Source: Escherichia coli
GTDB taxonomy: Bacteria > Pseudomonadota > Gammaproteobacteria > Enterobacterales > Enterobacteriaceae
Strand: one strand, 5' to 3'
DNA length: 64,000 bases
Assembly (NCBI RefSeq): GCF_044647545.1
Contig: NZ_CP172818.1
The number at the start of each line of letters is the position of its first letter. Within the stretch, counting starts at the first letter, position 1. Position numbers and translations under genes: made by a program. Below are positions 11,241 to 22,563 of the stretch, in pieces. The notes under the pieces were generated by a model. That model made no database searches. It saw only the letters and a program-made list of their open reading frames with translations, and was not told the origin of the DNA.

Positions 11241-12064
11241 CCTCTTGATACGTTATATCTGTACAGTTAAGCCCTTAGTATCGATTGATGATTGCCAGGC
11301 AACAGATAATAAAAAAGAAAAGAACTATTGAAGCCCAAAACCTACGTTTGGACTGTTGTGAATGTTCAATAAGCTTAGTCTTATTTAATGTAAATATTGG
11401 TGCTAATTTGAAATGACGCTTTATTCATGGGGAACGCGTAGCGCAAATCAACTAAAATCAATGTAACCGTTTGTTGTTTAAGGTTTAATTGTCTGTGTCT
11501 GATATTTTATTGATTGTTTTAAATATTGTTTTTATTGTCATTGTTATAATGTTGGCTATCTATTGCTGAATGGATTCAGTCTTAAAAAGCAGGTTGTTAA
11601 GAGATAGGCATAGAGTAATGACGTGTATGCATAACCAACATCTTTACTCATTATGTCATTGAATGTTGACGCTATGTGTTTATGAGGTTGAGGTATTTTC
11701 AGTTGATCTGGATTGTTAAATTCATATAATGCGCCTTTACTCATGAATGGGCGTCAATACGTAGTGGGAAATTATAAATATCGAAATAGTCCAACTACTT
11801 CTTTATTACCAAAAATGAGTATCTGAATTTTAATATTGCATTCTTGCGTGATTATCTCCTGAGTTTGACTTGTGATTACCTTTTTAAGGTATTTAGCGTA
11901 ACTGTTTTTGAGCGAGCATCAGAGGTAAAGATAATCTTCTTGATAGTGATGTGGGATGTTATACGTATGGCATCGCTAATGTTTATGGTTACCCCTTATG
12001 TGTGCTCAGGAATCCACAGGTAATCACTCATACTGAACAGCGATAAAAGATAAAAGGTGTGTTC

Positions 12065-13153
12065 ATGAATTCATGTGATTTTCGTGTTTTTCTGCAAGAG
12101 TTCGGTACAACGGTTCATTTGTCATTGCCTGGTAGCGTATCCGAGAAAGAACGACTGCTACTCAAGCTGCTGATGCAGGGAATGTCTGTAACAGAAATAT
12201 CACAGTACAGAAATCGCAGTGCAAAGACCATTTCACATCAAAAGAAACAGCTCTTTGAGAAACTGGGGATTCAGAGCGATATTACTTTCTGGCGGGATAT
12301 TTTCTTTCAGTACAATCCGGAGATCATATCCGCCACGGGTAATAATAGTCACAAATATATTAATGATAATCACTATCACCATATCGTCACGCCTGAAGCC
12401 ATCAGTCTGGCGTTGGAAAACCATGAATTTAAACCGTGGATCCAACCGGTTTTCTGCGCGCAGACTGGGGTACTGACGGGCTGTGAGGTGCTTGTTCGCT
12501 GGGAACATCCGCAAACGGGAATTATCCCACCGGATCAGTTTATTCCTCTGGCGGAGTCATCTGGTCTTATCGTCATAATGACTCGCCAGCTGATGAAACA
12601 GACTGCGGATATTCTGATGCCAGTAAAACATTTGCTGCCGGATAATTTCCATATTGGTATCAACGTCTCGGCGGGCTGTTTTTTGGCTGCGGGATTTGAA
12701 AAAGAGTGTCTGAACCTGGTTAAGAAATTAGGTAACGATAAAATCAAACTGGTTCTCGAGTTAACGGAACGTAACCCTATTCCGGTAACGCCAGAAGCCA
12801 GAGCGATATTTGACAGCCTTCATCAGCACAACATTACCTTTGCGCTGGATGACTTTGGTACGGGTTATGCAACCTATCGTTACTTGCAGGCGTTCCCGGT
12901 CGATTTTATTAAGATCGATAAGTCATTTGTGCAAATGGCGAGCGTGGACGAAATATCCGGTCATATTGTGGACAATATTGTCGAACTGGCGCGTAAGCCT
13001 GGTCTGAGTATCGTGGCGGAAGGGGTAGAAACCCAGGAGCAGGCGGATTTAATGATCGGCAAAGGCGTTCACTTTTTGCAGGGCTATTTGTACTCTCCGC
13101 CAGTACCGGGTAATAAATTTATCTCTGAATGGGTAATGAAAGCCGGTGGTTGA
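12065..13153 (+). CDS. pdeL: c-di-GMP phosphodiesterase with LuxR-type HTH and EAL domain
   Basis: ORF track 12059..13153; ATG at 12065; EAL motif (ELTE) present; long AT-rich upstream region. Confidence 0.85.
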   Translation: MNSCDFRVFLQEFGTTVHLSLPGSVSEKERLLLKLLMQGMSVTEISQYRNRSAKTISHQKKQLFEKLGIQSDITFWRDIFFQYNPEIISATGNNSHKYINDNHYHHIVTPEAISLALENHEFKPWIQPVFCAQTGVLTGCEVLVRWEHPQTGIIPPDQFIPLAESSGLIVIMTRQLMKQTADILMPVKHLLPDNFHIGINVSAGCFLAAGFEKECLNLVKKLGNDKIKLVLELTERNPIPVTPEARAIFDSLHQHNITFALDDFGTGYATYRYLQAFPVDFIKIDKSFVQMASVDEISGHIVDNIVELARKPGLSIVAEGVETQEQADLMIGKGVHFLQGYLYSPPVPGNKFISEWVMKAGG

Positions 13154-13194
13154 TGTAAACCGCTATTCACAGCGCATCGGGAGGTTGGCAGCGA

Positions 13195-14127
13195 TTAATT
13201 CTCCCGATGCAGTAAATCCTGATAGATCCCCGTTAATATGCCATTTGGCGCAAATTGTTTTTTAATCCACTGCGTCACCTGACCGGTGGCAGAGTGCTGG
13301 GTCGCCAGTAACATGCGTGAATCCTGGCGCGGATTATGGATTTGTCGGGTAACCAGCAGGGATTGCGCCATCGCCTCACGGACCATGTAATCCGGCAAAA
13401 AACCAATTCCTTCGCCTAAAATCTGGCACTGACATTTGGTGTTGAAATCTGGCACCAGAATCGACTCCTGCCCATGCAGCAACCAGCCCACTTTTTTATT
13501 AATCGTATGCGCGGTGTCTTCCACCATGATATTAGGGTAGAGACGCAGCTGGCTTTCGGCGATGGGTTCCGGCACAAAGGCTAACGGGTGATCCGGGGCG
13601 ATAGCAAAAGCCCAGCGAATCGCGCCAATCTCCGTGTAATCAATGCCGCCGCCGTCCAGCAGTGTGTCGGGCGCGCCGATAGCAATATTCGCCTGATTAT
13701 TAATAATCGCATCCCAGACGCCGTTATACACTTCGGTGGTGACGGTAATCTGGCAGGTAGGAAACTGCTTTTTCAGCACCTGTAATAAGCGTGCGGTGTG
13801 TTTGGGCGTATAAAGCAGCTGATTAATACAAATGCGCACACGCGCTTCTATGCCCTGCGAAATAGTATCGATACTGCGTTTAATGGCATGAAAATCATTC
13901 AGCAGGTCGGTAGCTTTGCGGAAAAAATAACGCCCGGACTCCGTTAACTCAATGCTGCGGGTACTGCGAGTGAACAGCACCACATCCAGCCCCGTCTCCA
14001 TACGTTTAATGGTGTAGCTAATGGCGGAAGTGGTTAAACCCAACTCTTCTGCGGCTTTACTGAAGCTGCCAAAACGCGCAGCGGTAGTAAATGCCAACAG
14101 ATTCTCTTCGGTAAAAATTGAGTTCAT
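13195..14127 (-). CDS. yahB: LysR-family transcriptional regulator
   Basis: ORF track 13195..14127, 310 aa, N-terminal LysR HTH. Confidence 0.85.
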   Translation of the reverse strand: MNSIFTEENLLAFTTAARFGSFSKAAEELGLTTSAISYTIKRMETGLDVVLFTRSTRSIELTESGRYFFRKATDLLNDFHAIKRSIDTISQGIEARVRICINQLLYTPKHTARLLQVLKKQFPTCQITVTTEVYNGVWDAIINNQANIAIGAPDTLLDGGGIDYTEIGAIRWAFAIAPDHPLAFVPEPIAESQLRLYPNIMVEDTAHTINKKVGWLLHGQESILVPDFNTKCQCQILGEGIGFLPDYMVREAMAQSLLVTRQIHNPRQDSRMLLATQHSATGQVTQWIKKQFAPNGILTGIYQDLLHREN

Positions 14128-14218
14128 TGACCCGCTCCCGCCATTTTCGATTCTGAATTTCTCCAGCCATGACTGTAGAGGTATCCATTAAAGATGGATA
14201 ATCATTTTTGAATAACTT

Positions 14219-14716
14219 TTAATACCCGTCGCTTTTGGTCGTCGCTTCGCTTAATTTTTGTCCGCCGTATTCTGAAATTATCCCCACGCAGTTACCCGCC
14301 AGAAAACCCAGTAATGTCACCGTCCAGTTCATCCCGCTGGCAAAAAATAGCGTCATGCCGAGAAAGCCCCCGGGAATAAAAGACAGTAACCAGAAACGTC
14401 CTTGCCAGACCACCACCGCCGAGAAGGGTACAGTCATAATCACGCTCGCCCAGAACGTGGACAATCCACTCACCGAGGCCAGCCAACCGGCAGCCAGCGC
14501 GGCGAAAAACGCCCACACCATCCCGGAATAATTAACCGCCAGGCTTCTGATAAACCCCGATTTACCGCCGCCTGCGGCATAAAAACTGCAAAAGGCGACG
14601 AAGCCAATGGTTCCTAATAATTCCCATCCCTGAGAGAGCCCGACATGTGAAGACACTAACTGCCAAAGCCCTGCACAAATACCGACGGTGACACCCGTTG
14701 CCGTGAGTCCGTTCAT
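14219..14716 (-). CDS. yahC: Small inner membrane protein
   Basis: ORF track 14219..14716, 165 aa, hydrophobic. Confidence 0.75.
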   Translation of the reverse strand: MNGLTATGVTVGICAGLWQLVSSHVGLSQGWELLGTIGFVAFCSFYAAGGGKSGFIRSLAVNYSGMVWAFFAALAAGWLASVSGLSTFWASVIMTVPFSAVVVWQGRFWLLSFIPGGFLGMTLFFASGMNWTVTLLGFLAGNCVGIISEYGGQKLSEATTKSDGY

Positions 14717-14973
14717 CTTGTTCCCCTCTGGTTAGACATGGACGAAAGCTACTCTTACATGTGCAGACTATAGAGAAATAAAACCTGATTGAGTGAAAGG
14801 GTATCGGGTCAAAGAAACAAATATTGCACTACCGCACACTGCGAAAAGATTGTTGAACATCATTCAACAAAAAGGCGAAATACGGCGAATTAAATTTAAG
14901 CGGGTTCTTTTATCAGATTATCGTTGCTATTCGCAATTCATCGAAAACAGCCACAAAAACCAGGGGAATGTGA

Positions 14974-15575
14974 ATGAGTATAAAAAATCTACCTGCCGAC
15001 TATTTATTGGCTGCACAACAGGGTGATATCGATAAAGAAAAACCTGCCTTGCGCTGGGTGTCGATATTAATACCTGCGATCGTCAGGGGAAAACGGCAAT
15101 TACGCTGGCAAGTTTATATCAGCAATATGCTTGCGTTCAGGCATTAATTGATGCCGGAGCGGATATTAATAAGCAAGATCATACTGTTTAAATCCTTTTT
15201 TAATTAGCTGTCTGAACGATGATTTAACGCTACTACGAATTATTTTACCGGCTAACCCGATCTTAATTGCGTAACCCGTTTTGGCGGTGTCGGCCTGACG
15301 CCTGCCTGTGAAAAAGGCCATTTAAGTATTGTAAAAGAGCTTTTGGCGCATACGGAAATTAACGTTAACCAGACCAACCATGTAGGCTGGACGCCGCTAC
15401 TGGAAGCGATTGTGCTTAATGATGGCGGTATTAAACAGCAGGCGATTGTCCAGTATTGCTGGAACATGGTGCCAGTCCGCATCTGACGGATAAATATGGC
15501 AAAACGCCGCTGGAACTGGCGCGGGAACGGGGCTTTGAAGAGATTGCGCAGTTACTGATTGCCGCAGGCGCATAA
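14974..15575 (+). pseudogene. yahD: Ankyrin-repeat protein gene with about four 1-bp deletions
   Basis: ATG at 14974 reads MSIKNLPADYLLAAQQGDIDK then stops; ankyrin-repeat peptide segments recur in shifted frames up to TAA at 15573-15575; span is 602 bp, not a multiple of 3. Confidence 0.65.
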
Positions 15576-15585
15576 CCCGGGAGGC

Positions 15586-16465
15586 TTGCTATCAACACAC
15601 CAGAAAGACGGTGTGTGTGGGCCGCAACTGCGGATGCGGGATTTTCTGGCGCAGCGGGGGCAAGGACAGGTTGAACAGGTCTTTGCCAGAGCGGTAAATA
15701 TCGCACTCCCGGCCGCCAGCAGTTGCTGACGCTGCTTTGTGAAGAGTACGACAATGCGCCAAACAGTTGTCGGTTGGCATCACTCACTTTGATGTCTTTC
15801 GGCATGGTGATAAGGTTCAGTTTGACGATCAAGGCATTACGGTTGGTCAACATCTTCATATAGAGATACGAGTCGTTGTCGGCGTTGGCTGTCCCCAACC
15901 TTGCAAATGACCGCTGTGAATTTTCACCTTATCGCCTGGCTACAGTGGCACGACATTATTCATCAGCACCTGGGGGAAAATGAAACCCTGTTTAATTATC
16001 GCGGCGATAATCCGTTTTATCAGGCGTTAGGTAAAGAATTACATATTAAACGACGGGCAGTTATTCAGGCCGTAAACGATAAACAAAATATCGCCTCAGC
16101 GGTCGCCAGTATGATGGGGTTAGGGATTGGCCTTACGCCATCAGCCGACGATTATTTAACAGGTCTGGCGCTTATTTTATTTATTCCCGGCATCCGGCGG
16201 AAAAATACAAAGAGGAATTTTATCTCGGTCTGCAACGCGGCAAAAATAATACCACATTATTAAGTGCCATAACGCTGGAAGCCGCATTACAACAACGCTG
16301 CCGGGAAAATATTCATCGTTTTATTCACAACATTATTTATGACATCCCTGGGAAAAACCCCGAACTCAGGCAATAGAAAAAATTAAACATATTGGCTCCA
16401 GTTCCGGCTGCGACATGCTGTATGGCATGGCCGATGGTTGTGCGCTGAGCCAAACCTACGGAGGG
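15586..16465 (+). pseudogene. yahE: yahE-like gene, frame fragmented; boundaries approximate
   Basis: Only a 120-aa fragment (track ORF 15901..16263) survives between yahD and yahF; position matches yahE. Confidence 0.35.
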
Positions 16466-16469
16466 AATT

Positions 16470-18009
16470 ATGTCAGTTAAAATAGTCATTAAACCGAATA
16501 CCTATTTTGATTCTGTCTCGCTGATGTCTATCTCCACGCGTGCAAATAAACTCGACGGCGTCGAGCAGGCATTTGTGGCGATGGCGACCGAAATGAATAA
16601 AGGCGTGCTGAAGAATTTAGGACTGCTGACGCCGGAGCTGGAGCAGGCGAAAAACGGCGACCTGATGATTGTCATCAATGGTAAATCGGGTGCGGACAAC
16701 GAGCAGTTGCTGGTGGAGATTGAAGAACTGTTCAACACCAAAGCGCAAAGCGGCTCGCACGAGGCGCGTTACGCCACTATTGGCAGCGCCAAAAAGCATA
16801 TCCCGGAAAGTAACCTGGCGGTGATTTCGGTCAACGGTCTGTTTGCCGCTCGCGAAGCGCGTCAGGCGCTGCAAAACGATCTCAACGTGATGCTGTTTTC
16901 CGATAACGTCTCAGTTGAAGATGAACTGGCGCTCAAGCAACTGGCCCACGAAAAAGGGCTGCTGATGATGGTTAGACTGTGGCACGGCGATTATCAACGG
17001 CGCGGCGCTCTGTTTTGGTAACGCCGTGCGTCGCGGCAACATCGGTATTGTTGGCGCATCCGGCACCGGCAGTCAGGAGTTGAGCGTCCGCATTACTTAA
17101 TTTGGCGGCGGCGTTTCGCAACTGATCGGCACCGGCGGGCCAGCCTGAGCGAGAAATTGGCGGCCTGATGATGCTCGACGCCATCGGGATGCTGGAAAAC
17201 GATCCGCAAACTGAAATCATTGCGCTTATCTCCAAACCGCCTGCGCCTGCGGTGGCCCGCAAAGTGCTGGAACGTGCGCGCGCCTGCCGCAAGCCGGTGG
17301 TCGTCTGCTTCCTCGATCGTGGCGAAACGCCAGTGGATGAGCAGGGGCTACAGTTTGCCCGCGGCACCAAGAGGCAGCGCTAAAAGCGGTGATGCTCTCC
17401 GGCGTGAAACAGGAAAATCTCGACCTGCATACGCTTAACCAGCCGTTGATTGCGGATGTGCGTGCGCGTCTGCAACCGCAGCAGAAATACATTCGTGGCC
17501 TGTTCTGCGGCGGCACGCTGTGCGACGAAACCATGTTCGCGGTGATGGAAAAACATGGCGATGTCTACAGCAACATTCAGCCCGATCCGGAATTCCGCCT
17601 GAAAGATATCAACCGCAGCATCAAACACACCTTCCTCGACTTTGGCGATGACGACTTCACCAACGGCAAGCCGCACCCGATGATTGACCCCACCAACCGC
17701 ATCAGTCGCTTGATCGAAGAGGCGCGCGATCCAGAAGTGGCGGTGATCATGGATTTTGTGCTCGGATTTGGATCGCATGAAGATCCGGTCGGCTCCACCA
17801 TCGAGACGATCAAAGAAGCGAAAGCGATCGCCGCTGCCGAAGGACGCGAGTTGATCATTCTCGCCTATGTGCTGGGTACCGATCTTGATACGCCATCGTT
17901 AGAACAACAAAGCCAGATGCTGCTTGATGCCGGAGTGATTCTGGCGAGCAGCAGCACCAATACCGGATTGCTGGCGCGTGAATTTATCTGCAAAGGGGAG
18001 GAAGCCTGA
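16470..18009 (+). pseudogene. yahF: Succinyl-CoA synthetase alpha-like (CoA-binding) protein gene, split into at least 3 frames
   Basis: Track ORFs 16470..17021, 17168..17383 and 17389..18009 lie in frames 0, 2 and 1 and read as consecutive parts of one protein. Confidence 0.65.
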
Positions 18010-19427
18010 TGAGCCAGTCACTGTTTAGCCAACCATTGAACGTTATTAACGTCGGCATCGCCATGTTTAGCGATGACCTGAAAAAGCAGCATGTAGAAGT
18101 GACTCAACTCGACGGGACGCCGCCGGGGCAGGGCAATATGCAGGTGGTGCAGGCGCTGGATAACATTGCCGATCTTGCCGCTGGCGGACAAAATCGCCGC
18201 CGCTAACCAGCAGGCGCTGGAGCGTATTATCCAGTCGCATCCGGTGCTGATTGGTTTTGATCAGGCGATTAACGTGGTGCCGGGCATGACGGCGAAAACC
18301 ATTCTTCACGCCGGGCCGCCGATCACCTGGGAAAAAATGTGCGGCGCGATGAAAGGCGCGGTCACCGGAGCGCTGGTGTTCGAAGGACTGGCGAAGATCT
18401 CGACGAGGCGGCTGAACTGGCGGCTTCCGGGGAGATCACCTTCTCGCCGTGTCACGAGCACGACTGTGGGATCGATGGCGGGTGTTACCTCGGCCTCGAT
18501 GTTTATGCACATCGTAAAAAACAAAACCTACGGCAACATCGCTTATACCAACATGAGCGAGCAGATGGCGAAGATTTTGCGTATGGGCGCTAACGACCAG
18601 AGCGTGATTGACCGCCTGAACTGGATGCGTGATGTGCAGGGACCAATACTGCGCGACGCGATGAAAATTATCGGCGAAATCGATCTGCGCTTAATGCTGG
18701 CGCAGGCGCTGCGGATAGGGCGATGAGCGCCATAACCGCAATAACGCCGGGACGACACTGCTGATTCAGGCGCTGACGCCGGGGATTATTCAGGCGGGTT
18801 ATTCCGTCGAGCAACAGCGCGAAGTGTTTGAGTTTGTCGCCAGCAGCGACTACTTCTCCGGCCCGACGTGGATGGCGATGTGTAAAGCGGCGATGGATGC
18901 GGCGCATGGCATCGAATACAGCACCGCGGTCACCACCCATGGCGCGTAACGGCGTCGAGTTCGGCATGCGGGTCAGCGGCCTGCGGGGTAATGGTTCAAC
19001 CGGCCCGGCGCAGCAGGTGATCGGCCCGATGTTTGCCGGTTATAAGCCGGAAGATTCGGGGCTGGATATCGGCGACAGCGCCATCACCGAAACCTACGGT
19101 ATTGGCGGATTTGCTATGGCGACCGCGCCCGCTATCGTCGCGCTGGTGGGCGGCACGGTGGAAGAAGCTATTGATTTCTCCCGTCAGATGCGCGAAATCA
19201 CCCTCGGTGAAAACCCCAACGTCACCATTCCGCTGCTCGGTTTTATGGGCGTGCCGTCGGCAATCGACATCACCCGCGTGGGTAGCAGCGGCATTCTGCC
19301 GGTGATCAACACCGCCATCGCCCATAAAGATGCGGGCGTCGGCATGATTGGCGCGGGCATTGTGCATCCACCTTTTGCCTGCTTCGAGAAAGCCATTCTT
19401 GGCTGGTGCGAACGTTACGGCGTCTGA
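18009..19427 (+). pseudogene. yahG: yahG-like (DUF1116) gene with an internal +1 frame segment
   Basis: Track ORFs 18009..18206 (frame 0), 18166..18726 (frame 1) and 18828..19427 (frame 0); total span 1419 bp, a multiple of 3. Confidence 0.6.
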
Positions 19428-19440
19428 CCTACATGTTCAT

Positions 19441-19799
19441 GCCGGATGCGGCGTGAACGCCTTATCCGGCCTACGAATGGCGCAAGAATCTGTAGGCCTG
19501 ATAAGCGTAGCGCATCAGGCATTTGTCACCATTGCCGGATGCGGCGTGAACGCCTTATCCGGCCTACGAATGGCGCAAGAATCTGTAGGCCTGATAAGCG
19601 TAGCGCATCAGGCATTTGCCACCACTGCCGGATGCGGCGTGGACGCCTTATCCGGCCTACGAGTGGCGCGAGAATCTGTAGGCCTGATAAGCGTAGCGCA
19701 TCAGGCATTTGTCACCATTGCCGGATGCGGCGTGAACGCCTTATCCGGCCTACGAGTGGCGCGAGAATTGTAGGCCTGATAAGCGTAGCGCATCAGGCA
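19441..19799. repeat. BIME/REP array, about 3.9 tandem units of 93 bp, each with two REP palindromes
   Basis: Units begin at 19441, 19534, 19627 and 19720 with near-identical sequence GCCGGATGCGGCGTGAACGCCTTATCCGGCCTAC...GTAGGCCTGATAAGCGTAGCGCATCAGGC. Confidence 0.85.
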
Positions 19800-19848
19800 G
19801 TCTGGCGTTGGTCATAACCCCATCACCCTCTGTAGCGGACATAACAAC

Positions 19849-20803
19849 ATGAAAGAGCTTGTGGTCGTTGCCAATGGTGGCAACAGCATTATAGAAAGAT
19901 AACGCCAGCCAGTCGATTGAGCATCAGGCGGAGGCGGTGAAAGCCGTGGCCGATACGGTGCTGGAAATGCTGGCTTCCGATTACGACGTGCTGACCCACG
20001 GTAACGGGCCGCAGGTCGGCTAAGATACGCCGTGCGGAGATTGCCCACGAGCGCGAAGGGCTGCCCTTAACGCCGCTGGCGAACTGTGTGGCAGATACGC
20101 AGGGCGGCATCGGCTATCTGATCCAACAGGCGCTGAATAACCGGCTGGCGCGTCACGGCGAGAAAAAAGCCGTCACCGTGGTAACTCAGGTGGAAGTGGA
20201 TAAAAACGATCCAGGTTTTGCCCATCCACCAAGCCCATTGGTGCATTCTTCAGTGAAAGCCAGCGTGACAAACTACAAAAGGCAAACCCTGACTGGTGTT
20301 TTGTTGAAGATGCCGGACGGGGCTATCGCCGCGTGGTCGCCTCGCCGGAACCGAAACGTATTGTCGGCACCACCATCGCGCGCTGGAGAGATCCAACAAG
20401 GTTTTGTCGTAATTGGCGCGGGCGGCGGTGGAATTCCGGTAGTGCGTACTGAAGCGGGGGATTACCAGAGCGTGGACGCGGTTATTGACAAAGATCTCTC
20501 TACCGCGCTGCTTGTCGCCGTGAAATTCACGCCGACATTCTGGTGATCACCACCGGCGTCGAAAAAGTCTGTATCCACTTTGGTAAACCGCAGCAGCAGG
20601 CGCTGGATCGGGTGGATATTGCCACCATGACTCGCTATATGCAGGAAGGGCATTTTCCGCCCGGCGGCGTGTTGCCAAAAATCATCGCCAGCCTGACGTT
20701 CCTGGAGCAGGGCGGCAAAGAAGTGATTATCACCACGCCGGAATGCCTGCCTGCGGCGCTGCGCGGTGAAACGGGCACCCATATTCTAAACGTAAGGACG
20801 TAG
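19849..20803 (+). pseudogene. yahI: Carbamate kinase-like gene, frameshifted
   Basis: ATG at 19849 reads MKELVVVANGGNSIIER then stops; downstream fragments (track ORFs 20088..20546 and 20543..20803) carry carbamate kinase-like sequence in other frames. Confidence 0.6.
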
Positions 20804-20804
20804 G

Positions 20805-22214
20805 ATGAAAGAAAGCAATAGCCGCCGTGAATTTCTGAGCCAGAGCGGTAAGATGGTCACCGCCGCCGCGCTGTTCGGTACCTCTTTGCCGCTCGCCCAT
20901 GCGGCGGTAGCTGGCACCCTAAACTGCGAAGCGAACAACACCATGAAAATCACTGACCCGCATTACTATCTCGATAACATGCTGCTGGAAACCGGTTTTG
21001 ACTACGAAAACGGTGTGGCGGTGCAGACCCGCACGGCGCGCCAGACCGTGGAGATTCAGGACGGCAAAATTGTCGCCCTGCGCGAGAACAAGCAGCATCC
21101 GGACGCCACGCTGCCGCACTATGACGCTGGCGGTAAGTTGATGCTACCCACCACTCGCGACATGCATATTCATCTCGACAAAACCTTCTACGGCGGGCCG
21201 TGGCGCTCGCTCAATAGTCCGGCAGGCACCACTATCCAGGACATGATCAAGCTTGAGCAGAAAATGCTGCCGGATTACAACCGTATACGCAGGAGCGGGC
21301 GGAAAAACTGATCGATCTATTGCAGTCGAAAGGCACCACCATTGCCCGCAGCCACTGCAATATCGAACCGGTTTGCCGGCCTAAAAAATCTGCAAAATTT
21401 GCAGGCGGTGCTGGCGCGGCGTCGGGCCAGCTCGAGTGTGAAATCGTCGCCTTCCCGCAGCACGGTTTGCTGCTGTCGAGATCGGAACCCTTAATGCGCG
21501 AAGCGATGCAGGCGGGTGCGCATTACGTCGGCGGGCTGGACCCGACCAGTGTCGATGGCGCGATGGAAAGATCCCTCGACACCATGTTTCAGATTGCGCT
21601 GGACTACGACAAAGGTGTCGATATTCACCTGCACGAAACCACTCCATCAGGGCGTGGCAGCCATCAATTATATGGTTGAAACGGTAGAGAAAACGCCGCA
21701 ACTGAAAGGTAAGCTGACCATCAGCCACGCCTTTGCGCTGGCTACGCTCAACGAACAACAGGTCGATGCGCTCGGCGAATCGGATGGCGGCGCAGCAAAT
21801 TTCTATCGCCCTGACGGTGCCGATTGGCACGCTGCATATGCCGCTCAAACAGTTGCACGACAAAGGCGTAAAAGTGATCACTGGCACTGACAGCGTTATC
21901 GACCACTGGTCGCCTTATAGTATCGGCGACATGCTGGAAAAAGCCAATCTCTACGCGCAGCTCTATATTCGTCCTAACGAACAGAACCTCTCCCGTTCGC
22001 TGTTTCTAGCCACTGGCGATATATTGCCGCAATGAAAAAGGCGAGCGTGTATGGCCAAAAGCGCAGGATGATGCCAGCTTTGTGCTGGTGGACGCCTCCT
22101 GTTCCGCCGAGGCGGTGGCGCGTATCTCGCCGAGAACCGCAACGTTCCATAAAGGGCAACTGGTGTGGGGGAGTGTGGCAGGTTGATGCGCATTTGAAAC
22201 GCCTGCAACGGTGA
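20805..22214 (+). pseudogene. yahJ: Amidohydrolase/deaminase-family gene, split into at least 4 frames
   Basis: Track ORFs 20805..21311, 21320..21679, 21516..21890, 21733..22035 and 22032..22214 read as consecutive pieces; metal-binding HxH motif in the first piece. Confidence 0.55.
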
Positions 22215-22563
22215 ATTGTAAAGAGATTTAAGCCCCAGGGAGTGGGGCAATCTGAATATGAGTGTGTCGGCAGAAATGGACATTATCTTTGAGGAATATG
22301 CCCTTATTGACGTTGTGTAGATAACTATTTGTCTACGTGAAAAGATCATCAGTTTTGCCGATTTTAGTCTTTTACAGATAGCAAATATCACACTTACAGG
22401 CGCTCGCCTTATGGGGAACGTTGCTGCTCTGTTTCATTCAGGCTCGCGGCATGTTGGGGCTGGATCGGGTGGTTTAAATATTGGCTATATTCAATGGACG
22501 CGTTTTGCCGCGATGACATATCAGGCGTTGCCAAATACACATAGCTAATCAGGAGTAAACACA

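Noticed and set aside
15431-15898. 155-aa ORF on the minus strand spanning yahD/yahE
   Set aside because: Low-complexity A/S/P-rich translation opposite ankyrin-repeat coding sequence.
19441-19799. Possible CRISPR array, given regular direct repeats
   Set aside because: Units are 93 bp with no unique spacers and match REP palindromes; no cas genes nearby.
19348-19817. Track ORFs 19348..19773 (+), 19446..19817 (+) and 19526..19708 (-) with internally repeated peptide sequence
   Set aside because: They lie entirely within the 4 x 93 bp REP/BIME array; the repeated peptides are translations of the DNA repeat.
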